Assembly (NCBI GenBank): GCA_008690995.1
Contig: VRMN01000004.1
Span: forward strand, 1,426,001-1,490,000
Source: Porphyridium purpureum
Lineage: Eukaryota
Reading direction: 5' to 3'
Length of the DNA stretch: 64,000 nucleotides
This document shows, in pieces, positions 29,765 through 37,813 of the stretch (position 1 is its first letter; each line of letters starts with the position of its first letter). The translations under genes and the position numbers were made by a program. The notes under the pieces were generated by a model. The model was not told where the DNA came from and did no database searches. It saw only the letters and a program-made list of their open reading frames with translations.

Positions 29765-31762
29765 ATGGGAGAGGCTGAAAGGGTAGAGTCAGAGTCTGCG
29801 CCGGTGCCCTCGGCGCCTCCAGTGAGGGTGCTGATCAGGACGTCCAACGAAGGGCATGTCGGTGAGCTGCACGTGCCGCCGCGCGGCGAGCCGCAGGATG
29901 CTCAGCACGGCCAGCTGGCACGACGAAATGCGCTGCCCACGCAGTACTTGCAGGTGCAGTTTGCTGCAGATGGCTCCCGGATGGTCTGTGTCGAGGAAGA
30001 GCCCGTGGCATACGTCATCGTTCGCGACGCCGCGACGGGCGCAGAGCTGTCCCGCTTTGCGCCCGCGACGCCGGGCGATCCGCTCACCCGCGCCTCTCAA
30101 GTCGCACTAAGTCCGCGTGGCTCGTATGTATTGGTGTGGGCGAAAACGTCCACGGATCCCCGCGGAAATCTGGCGGTGTTTGACGCCACAACTGGACAGA
30201 AGATCGCGGCCTTTGCGCAGAAAAGTCTTACCGCCGACTTGTGGCCGTGCATCCAGTGGAGTGATGACGAAAGCGTCGCTGTGCGAGCATCGGCAAACAC
30301 AGTATTTCTATACGAAGAGAACAAGTTCGCGGAGACACCGGCAAAGAAATACAATGTGCCCGGAGTCGAGCGAGTCGCTTTATCTCCCGGCTCTGTCCCG
30401 TATCGTCTTGGTGCTTTTGTGCCTGCCATAAGGGACCAGCCTTCGAAGCTGATGCTCATCGATTGCGACAGCGGCGAGACGCTTGTAACGCGGAGCACGT
30501 TTCGCGCCGAGTCCACTGCCTTTTTGTGGGCGCCGTCTGGTAAAGCACTGCTTGCGATCATCTCAACCAATGTAGATACTTCGGGGAAGTCATACTACGG
30601 CGAATCTGCTCTGTTTTACATGGATGTTGCCAAGCGCACGGATACGCGAGTGCAGCTACCGAAAGACGGTCCCATCCATGATATTGCATGGGCGCCAGAC
30701 GGCAGAGGATTCATTGCAGTGTATGGGTACATGCCAGCGCGCACCACTCTCTTTAACGCCCTGTGCGAGCCCATTTTTGATTTTGGATCCGGTTCGCGCA
30801 ATACAGTGAGCTTCTCGCCTCACGGTCGGATCGTGGCGCTGTGCGGATTTGGAAATCTGCCCGGTCATGTGGAATTTTGGGACAAGAAGGCGCGCGCTCT
30901 GATCGGGGAAGCGGATATGCACTGCACGACAGAGTACTCGTGGTCGCCATGCAGTCGATACTTTTTGGCAGCAACCACGTTCCCGCGTCTGCGCGTCGAT
31001 AACTGCGTCTCTGTGTTCAAAAGCAATGGAGAGCTGGTATACAAGGAGAAAATGGATAGCGGCAAGTACGTGCACCAGGCGCGCTTCGTTCCCGCTCCGA
31101 CTCATCTGTTCCCAGACTTGCCGGCATCTCCGCGCTCTGGCGCGGCAGTCCGCATCGTGGACGGAAAGAAAGTGGTGGATTTGAGCAAAGTGACGTCGGC
31201 GACACCGGTAGCTGAGAGAAAAGTGTATCGGCCGCCGGGCGCGAGAGGACAGGCGGCCTCTTTCAGCTTGCACGAAAAGGAAGAAGCACGGGTCATCGTG
31301 GGCGGAAAGTTCGGCCCGTCTTCCGGTTCCGACGCTCGCGCCAATCGTGGTCCATCACGCGTCGTTCCGGGTGCAGAGGGTTTTTTTGATGACGACTCTT
31401 CGGCAGCGGGCGGCGGTCAGAAGAAGAAGAGGAGCAAGAGTCGGAACAAAAAGACGACACCGGCCGAAACAGGTTCCACCGCACCGGCTTCTTCCGCAAG
31501 CGCAAACCGTACTGGAAACGACGCGAAGAAGGCTGAACCAGAGAGTGGAGAGGCTGACGCGAGTGTACACCCGGAGCCGGCTAGCGCCGCGGATGAGCCC
31601 GAGGAGGTTAGCAAGGAGAAACGGATCAAGGCGTTGAAGAAGAAGCTCCGTCAAATTGAGACGTTGGAGCTGGTCACGGACAAATCTTCTTTAAACGAAG
31701 AACAGGTGGCGAAGCTGCAATCCAAGCTGGCACTGCTGGAGGAGCTGCGAGCGTTAGAATAA
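29765..31762 (+). CDS. EIF2A: Eukaryotic translation initiation factor 2A
   Basis: DTSGKSYYGE, GPIHDIAW, YGYMPA, GFGNLPG, TFPRLRVDN, YRPPGARG, KKIKALKKKL-type coiled tail. Confidence 0.95.
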   Translation: MGEAERVESESAPVPSAPPVRVLIRTSNEGHVGELHVPPRGEPQDAQHGQLARRNALPTQYLQVQFAADGSRMVCVEEEPVAYVIVRDAATGAELSRFAPATPGDPLTRASQVALSPRGSYVLVWAKTSTDPRGNLAVFDATTGQKIAAFAQKSLTADLWPCIQWSDDESVAVRASANTVFLYEENKFAETPAKKYNVPGVERVALSPGSVPYRLGAFVPAIRDQPSKLMLIDCDSGETLVTRSTFRAESTAFLWAPSGKALLAIISTNVDTSGKSYYGESALFYMDVAKRTDTRVQLPKDGPIHDIAWAPDGRGFIAVYGYMPARTTLFNALCEPIFDFGSGSRNTVSFSPHGRIVALCGFGNLPGHVEFWDKKARALIGEADMHCTTEYSWSPCSRYFLAATTFPRLRVDNCVSVFKSNGELVYKEKMDSGKYVHQARFVPAPTHLFPDLPASPRSGAAVRIVDGKKVVDLSKVTSATPVAERKVYRPPGARGQAASFSLHEKEEARVIVGGKFGPSSGSDARANRGPSRVVPGAEGFFDDDSSAAGGGQKKKRSKSRNKKTTPAETGSTAPASSASANRTGNDAKKAEPESGEADASVHPEPASAADEPEEVSKEKRIKALKKKLRQIETLELVTDKSSLNEEQVAKLQSKLALLEELRALE

Positions 31763-32255
31763 CGGCCATGCGGACTCTGACCCCCACCACCATAATGAGA
31801 CGTCACCGCATCCGCATCGCTGCCCAAACCCCTCTGCTGCCCTACACCGCGTCCAGTAAACGAACCGAATTTGGAAGAAACGGCTCTGTGCGTATTAGAA
31901 CACCGCGGCGCATGATTGCAATGAAATGGCACGGGTCCTCCCGGAACCACCCGTTTGAGCGGAGCGTGTTCAGTGATTCGGTACAGTGGGGTCGTCCCGG
32001 CGCGCCTGGTGGCTGCGCTCTTTTGCTTCGTGGACCGCTGCCTGCGCGCATGCTTCGGCCGGTTGTGCGCGCACGCAAGACTCGCGCATGCTTGGCCCCA
32101 TCTGACATCGACCCGGCGCGATCGAAGCGCCCGCGGACTGGGTTTCGCCTCCCCGCGTCTTTGCTCACGGCCCGTTTCTCGGGCTGGTTGGAGGCCCGCG
32201 TGGCGGCCATTCCCGGCGCGCGGCCGAGCTCCCGCGGTGAATTGCTCGGTTGAAT

Positions 32256-34280
32256 ATGTCATCTGACGACGCGGTGCGACACCCGGCGACGCAGCGGCCG
32301 AGCGTGTATCAGCGGAAAGGGCTTTCGCAACGTGAGCGCGGACAGCACTCGGAGTTTGCCGCCGCGACTGCCGACGCAGATCCTCCATCGGCATCGGAAT
32401 GGCAGTCTTCCTCTGCGCAGCAACCGGTTGCGGGAAGGCAGGCCGCAGGGCGTGGTCGCGAAGGCGACGACGGCGATGGTGGCAGTAACAGCAGACGGCC
32501 TGCGGAAACCGGTGAGCTGGACGCCCGGAGACAAGAGGGCGGCGAGGATGACGATGTCGTGCATACAAAGCGTCAACGCGTTGAAACTGCAGAACAGGCT
32601 GAATACGCTCAGGAGCATCAGCTCCCGCAGAGGCTTGAACCGTCCCTCATGCCGAGTACGGCGGAAGCCCAAACCGAAGATGGGCTTGACTTTCTGGTGT
32701 CTGACGAAAACCCCCTTCCAGTCGACCCGTGGGTTCATGACGATCCGTTCTACTCAAGAAATGACTTTTACGACACACAGTACGTGCAGCTCGCAACAGA
32801 TTCTACGGCTGCTGCAATGCCTTACGGTGCCCCAGACGACGGATTGTACAACGAGTACGCGATCGATTTGGCGCCAGCGCTCCCAGACATGATCCCGGAA
32901 GACCACGCCGAGGGCTACGATGCATCCAGACATGACACCAGCCCAGCAGCGGTTCAGGAGACGACCACTGCTGAGGCTGTTTCGGTAGTTGCCGGTGAGG
33001 CGTCCGCCACTACAGTGCCTGGTCATGCTCGGAACCCAACAACACATCACACGGACGAGGATACTGGAGAGTATCATGCGCGTGCCGAGTCAAGCGCGGA
33101 CATTTCTATTTGGGGACCCACATACCCTTCGGGCGAGCTCGGCGTGGCGGATTCTGACGGGGGCCAGCAGGCGCGTCGGGTCTACGGGACAAACTCGGAG
33201 GGATCAAGTTTGCAGGGCAGGGCGGGCGTGAAGTCGCGAGTGAAGGAACTTCTGAACGTTCCGAGGCAGCCTCGCGCACGCTTGGAGCCGAGACCTGTGC
33301 TTGACAGAACGAGTACCGTATGGAAGCGGGAGGTGACGAAGGCCAATAATCAATCGATCAGCACGGGCGTCGCTGTAGGAACGGGCCACTCAAATCAAGC
33401 AGGGACATCTTCGAGGGCCGGAACAGACGATGGCACTGATTCTGACATGCGGACCCGGCTGGTGTGGACTCCAGAATTGCACGATCGCTTTGTGCAAGCG
33501 GTAAGGGTACTAGGTCTGGGCAATGCAATGCCGAGGACGATTTTGCAAGTCATGAACGTGGACGGGCTCACTACGGAGCACATTAAGAGCCATTTGCAGA
33601 AGTACCGGCAGAGCCTGAAGAAGCAGACGGCTTCGGCAAAGGAGGAGGCGGCGTCGCAAAGCCGTTCCATGAAAATGGTGATGCGTGCTGTCTTCGATCC
33701 AGAGCTTCCTAGCGGATCGGCAGAGCCATTTTCGCCCGAAACGGCACCAGGCACGCTCCTTGAGGACCAGAGTATTGCCGGTGGTCCTGCACGTATGACT
33801 TCCTCTGGGAAACCACCGGCAAAAGCAGAAGTCGCGCCTGCTGCGTCAGAGTCTGCGCAAGCGCATACGCACGACAGGACTGCTGGCGGTTCGGCACAAG
33901 GTGCAAGTTTTGGAGGTAGTGAGAGCGCGCGGGGGCGCCTCTCGATCAAGGAGCAAATAGAACGCCAGCTCGAAATGCAAGAACGCACCATGCAGCTTCA
34001 GCTGGAGATGCAGATGATTGCACATCGGACCGTGAGCCTGCAACGCAAACTTCAGTTTACGCTAGAACGACAGAGTGAAGTTTTGCAGGCGTGCGAGCGC
34101 AATCCAGGTGCGAGTGAAGTCGTCAAGGAGCATTCGCGGCTTCTTGCCGAGCAGCGCCAAATGCAAGAAGACTTGCGGAGACAGCAAGTTCTGTTGAAAA
34201 GCGAGATGGAAGAGCAGGAACGGTTGCGCCGCGAACTTCTTCATGAAAGTACCATGGAAGACTCGTCAAACGCAGAATAG
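32256..34280 (+). CDS. GARP/G2-like MYB transcription factor with coiled coil (PHR1/PSR1-like architecture)
   Basis: RLVWTPELHDRFVQAV..LG...P..IL..M.VDGLT.EHIKSHLQKYR; QLEMQ...QRKLQ..LERQ coiled coil. Confidence 0.88.
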   Translation: MSSDDAVRHPATQRPSVYQRKGLSQRERGQHSEFAAATADADPPSASEWQSSSAQQPVAGRQAAGRGREGDDGDGGSNSRRPAETGELDARRQEGGEDDDVVHTKRQRVETAEQAEYAQEHQLPQRLEPSLMPSTAEAQTEDGLDFLVSDENPLPVDPWVHDDPFYSRNDFYDTQYVQLATDSTAAAMPYGAPDDGLYNEYAIDLAPALPDMIPEDHAEGYDASRHDTSPAAVQETTTAEAVSVVAGEASATTVPGHARNPTTHHTDEDTGEYHARAESSADISIWGPTYPSGELGVADSDGGQQARRVYGTNSEGSSLQGRAGVKSRVKELLNVPRQPRARLEPRPVLDRTSTVWKREVTKANNQSISTGVAVGTGHSNQAGTSSRAGTDDGTDSDMRTRLVWTPELHDRFVQAVRVLGLGNAMPRTILQVMNVDGLTTEHIKSHLQKYRQSLKKQTASAKEEAASQSRSMKMVMRAVFDPELPSGSAEPFSPETAPGTLLEDQSIAGGPARMTSSGKPPAKAEVAPAASESAQAHTHDRTAGGSAQGASFGGSESARGRLSIKEQIERQLEMQERTMQLQLEMQMIAHRTVSLQRKLQFTLERQSEVLQACERNPGASEVVKEHSRLLAEQRQMQEDLRRQQVLLKSEMEEQERLRRELLHESTMEDSSNAE

Positions 34281-34576
34281 TGCATAGTATGGCGAAGCGA
34301 GCAAGGAGGCCCCAAGTTATCGCATGTACTTTTGTCTCCTCGCCTTCCTTCATTGGAGCAAGCGTCTCTTCGCCCAAAGTCATCTGGTGTCGCAGCACTG
34401 GATCGTTCTCGTACAAGTTGCAGGACGGCATGAGTGTGCGCATGAACGCGTCTTTCTCTGTAGCATCCTGCCAAACGGCCTCTGCCAAGTACGCAAAGCG
34501 CCCGGCCACACTAAACATGAACAGCGTTTTCCTCCAATTTACTCAAACAAACGTCTACATAGTTGTTTGCACTGAT

Positions 34577-36139
34577 CTAGGCATCCACGGGCTCTTCCGG
34601 TGCATTCGCGCTCACGATCTCAACTTCAAAAATCAACAGTGCATTTGGCGGGAGCATTTCCCCAAACATGTCCGTCATTCCTTCACACGCTGACGGATGC
34701 ACATAGAGGATCTTCTCCTCTCCCTCCCGCATCCCTACAATACCCGTTTTCAACGCAGCCGGCGCGGAATCAAGTGGAAGCGTCAGAACCTGCACCATGT
34801 TGCTGTCATTCTCTGCAGCGGGGCACGTGAAAAACACGCGCTTATCTAAAAGACGTCCCTGAAGGATCAGCAACACCGTTGCCGTTTCAAGCACCACGGG
34901 CGCGTTTTCATCCAGTTCGTCACTGGGGAAGGATTCGGCGAGCACCTTGCCGGGTTCGAGCACGGTCAAACTGCTCGACTTGGTCTTGAAGAACTCATCG
35001 GCGTCCGCAAGGTCTTGCTCGGCAACCAGTTCTGCAGCGATTTGATGCAGCCCCACCATCTGCTTCTCATATTCAGGATAAGACATGGGGAAGTCCTCGC
35101 CAGCCGCTGCACTTTTCAATCCCTTGACCACAAGGCCCACATCCAAGCCCAGACCCGAGCTCAGCAAGGACTGGCCGAGTGCGTGGCCATATGCCTCTGC
35201 AATCTTGCCCATGTCCGTGCCGGCGGGCGCCACGTCCGCGGCCGTCTTTCGCTTCGTTCCCAGACCTGAGGCTGCGCGCGTGCTTGCTCCTCCTGCTCTT
35301 CTCGCGCCTGCCGATGATACATTCGCACCGCTCTGTTCAAACATGGCCTTTGCCGCCTCCATCGACTCGTGCCACTTGCTCGGGTCGTTTACCACCTTGG
35401 CAAATTCCGGATCTGACTGCAGCCACTGGCTCAGCATGGGATTCTGGCGAATTGCTTCGCGCGACGCCTCCTGCTTTTCCGGATCATTTAGGTATTCTTG
35501 CATCGCTTCGCTGTTCCACAACCCGCTCATCATGTTCGGGAGCTGTGCCATGATGTCGGCAGCGCCGCCAGCGCCGCCAGCGCCTCCATCGGCCTGGTTT
35601 CCGCCGCCCAAGCCGCCGAGCATCTGCATCATCGCGTTCAAATCCATACCTCCCCCAGCCGCTGCTGGATTCGCGCCGGCAGCGCCAGCGGCTCCTGCGC
35701 CACCCATCATCTGCTGCATGAGCGCATTCAAGTCGGGCGCACCCTGCTCGGCACCGCCGCCAAGACCCATCGCATTCAGCTGGGCCATCATATCCGCGAC
35801 GTCTGAGTCGGCGGTCGCGGTGGCCCCTGCGGTCGCGGTGACCGCGCCTCCTGCCGCGGTCGTTGCCGCAGCGGGTGCGGCATCCTTCGCCGCGGCGGTC
35901 GCATTCGCGCCCATTCTGCGCATCACATTAATCGTGGAGCCGTCGGCGACGCCATACTTCTCGAGCGTCTGCGCAGGCTCAAGCTTCTGGCCCTTGAACA
36001 AGAGCATCTGCCGCTCCGCTCCAATCCCGCTCAGCGACGCAATCTGGCCCATGAAGTTCTCCACGGTGTCGCCACCGGACACTCGCAGCTCGTAGCTCTT
36101 CCCATTGAAACACTTCACCTTGACGAAAAAGGGCGCCAT
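34577..36139 (-). CDS. Ubiquitin-like + STI1-like + Mip/FkpA-type FKBP fusion protein
   Basis: UBL domain (VKCFNGKSYEL...QMLLFKGQKL...TLEKYGVADGSTI), Met/Gln-rich ubiquilin-like middle, FKBP_N (KIAEAYGHALG) and FKBP_C (GMREGE..LYVHP...LPPNALLIFEVEIV). Confidence 0.85.
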   Translation of the reverse strand: MAPFFVKVKCFNGKSYELRVSGGDTVENFMGQIASLSGIGAERQMLLFKGQKLEPAQTLEKYGVADGSTINVMRRMGANATAAAKDAAPAAATTAAGGAVTATAGATATADSDVADMMAQLNAMGLGGGAEQGAPDLNALMQQMMGGAGAAGAAGANPAAAGGGMDLNAMMQMLGGLGGGNQADGGAGGAGGAADIMAQLPNMMSGLWNSEAMQEYLNDPEKQEASREAIRQNPMLSQWLQSDPEFAKVVNDPSKWHESMEAAKAMFEQSGANVSSAGARRAGGASTRAASGLGTKRKTAADVAPAGTDMGKIAEAYGHALGQSLLSSGLGLDVGLVVKGLKSAAAGEDFPMSYPEYEKQMVGLHQIAAELVAEQDLADADEFFKTKSSSLTVLEPGKVLAESFPSDELDENAPVVLETATVLLILQGRLLDKRVFFTCPAAENDSNMVQVLTLPLDSAPAALKTGIVGMREGEEKILYVHPSACEGMTDMFGEMLPPNALLIFEVEIVSANAPEEPVDA

Positions 36140-36377
36140 CCTGCACCTACCAGCCGACGCACGCACTCGCTCTCCACGCCCCTCGTCTCTCTCCCACCCA
36201 ACGCCACCACACCTTGCTCTCTCGTCTCTTCCCCCGTCTATCTCTTGCCCCCTTCTTCCCCGTCTTAACCCATCCTTCCAGATCTCGCCCGTCCTACTAA
36301 ATTCACTCCCGTTCCTAGACTCCGACCCACAACCAGCCTGCGCACGGCCGCGCACATCGTCGCACCTTTCGCCCACA

Positions 36378-36411
36378 TTAACTATAGAAATAGATATATA
36401 TATTTTAAATT
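36378..36411 (+). promoter_or_regulatory. AT-rich TATA element, putative upstream Pol III promoter of the permuted tRNA
   Basis: TTAACTATAGAAATAGATATATATATTTTAAATT, exceptional in this GC-rich window; TATATATA at 36395-36402 lies about 25-30 nt before the pre-tRNA leader. Confidence 0.7.
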
Positions 36412-36441
36412 CTCGTTCCATTGTCCCAATCCAGCGAAATG

Positions 36442-36548
36442 CCGCAGTGGGAAACCGCGCGAGTTCGAATCTCGTCACAATCATGCTTGGGACTTCCTCG
36501 AAGACCTTTCGATTGTGTGGCCGAGTGGTCTAAGGCGCTGTGTTAAGG
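36442..36548 (+). tRNA. trnL-AAG: Circularly permuted tRNA-Leu(AAG): 3' half 36442-36483, 27-nt spacer, 5' half 36511-36548, junction at 37/38
   Basis: 5' half GATTGTGTGGCCGAGTGGTCTAAGGCGCTGTGTTAAGG; 3' half CCGCAGTGGGAAACCGCGCGAGTTCGAATCTCGTCACAATCA. Acceptor stem GATTGTG/CACAATC (7/7) plus discriminator A; anticodon stem CTGTG/CGCAG; T arm GCGAG-TTCGAAT-CTCGT; class II variable arm. Confidence 0.93.
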
Positions 36549-36558
36549 AGCTGGATTC

Positions 36559-36564
36559 TTTTTT
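36559..36564 (+). terminator. Pol III terminator (T6)
   Basis: TTTTTT immediately after the trailer helix of the permuted tRNA. Confidence 0.8.
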
Positions 36565-37353
36565 GCCGAGGGCACACTCCCGTTGTCTTTTTTCGTTCTT
36601 GGGCTGAGTTCTGTGTTGAGGAGTCTTCCTCTGCGTTGGTCTTCGTCTCTGGCTGCTACCGCATCACTCTGACCTTCATAGCACTCACCTTTTTCAATTT
36701 CACCGCTCTCGTGCTCTCCGCAAGGTGGGCGACGAACGCTGCCGATCCTCTGCTGCCGTTTCACCAACATGTCCGGGATGCTGTGCGGTCGGCCACGTCG
36801 CACTATGGCTCCAGGGTATGAAAAGTGACGTCGGGCACCGTCATACGGTGAGAGTGCAGTAGCCTTCTGAGCGCTGAGAGCTTCAGCAAGCCCAGCTGCC
36901 GAGCCCGCCTTTAATTTTCATCTTTGAGCTGTGAAGGGAAGCACCTTTCTGGTCTTTTGCTCGTCTCGTCTTCCACTGCGCACCGCAACAGTTTTTTTTT
37001 CCTGCGCACAGGCCACCTCATTTCGCAAGACAACGCGAGCAAACTAGACCACGGAATCAGAACCTGTGCCAGTTACTGCGCCGGCTAGACCACATCCTTC
37101 GTTTACTCTCAGATACTGTGGACATTGGACCATTTTTTTCTTCGACGACGAACGGAAGCGGAGGTTGCGAACGGAAGCTGACAACGGTGGCGGAAAGCTG
37201 CCGGACACGAGATAAGCACGCCGCAGAGGCTAGGAAACGGACGGACAACGGACTCTGCGAAGCACGGCGCCTGTTGTGAGCGTTCAAAGAGGCGCCGGTT
37301 CCGCGCTGTGAGGAGTTCTCGCGCGTGCAGGCCACTGGCAAGGTTTGGGCCAC

Positions 37354-37638
37354 ATGAGCGACGGCGGAGAGCGCCGCCCGCCAAGCAAAGGCGCCGGCGA
37401 GAGCAGTGGCAGTGTGCCGCCGGGTAAGGCTGCGTTTTTTGAGGAGCAGAATGGTGATTCAGAAAACGCACATGAAGGCCGCGACCTGCATGATAACGTG
37501 GGCGGCGCGGTGCAACGAAACGGCGGCAGGACGATGAGTTTATTTGGGGAGGGACAAGACGTGCAGGTGCTCGTGGGCCTGGCGGTACTCGCTATGATAT
37601 TGGAGTACATCTACTCGCGCTTTCGGTGCGGTTGTTGA
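37354..37638 (+). CDS. Small hypothetical tail-anchored membrane protein
   Basis: 94 aa: hydrophilic N-terminus, one C-terminal hydrophobic helix (VLVGLAVLAMILEYIY), short basic/Cys tail RFRCGC. Confidence 0.45.
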   Translation: MSDGGERRPPSKGAGESSGSVPPGKAAFFEEQNGDSENAHEGRDLHDNVGGAVQRNGGRTMSLFGEGQDVQVLVGLAVLAMILEYIYSRFRCGC

Positions 37639-37813
37639 GGCATGTTAGCCTGCAAGTTTGGCACTTGCGTCGCGTTGCTTCGCGTTGTGGTTTGTCGCCG
37701 CTTGCTGAGGTCCAGTGTGCCCTCATGTCGAGTGTCAGTCATAATGTGGGTCACAAGACCTCTACAAAATGCTAGTTATACTGTTTGGAGAAGGTCTTTC
37801 TTGCTACTCCGTG

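Noticed and set aside
31651..32568. 305-aa minus-strand ORF
   Set aside because: Arg/Pro/Ala-rich shadow frame overlapping eIF2A and the GARP gene.
36140..36484. 115-aa N-terminal extension of the UBL-FKBP ORF
   Set aside because: It runs antisense through the tRNA 3' half and TATA tract. The UBL domain begins at the ATG at 36139.
36540..36821. Short overlapping ORFs on both strands just after the tRNA
   Set aside because: They overlap the tRNA trailer and terminator and have no recognisable motifs.
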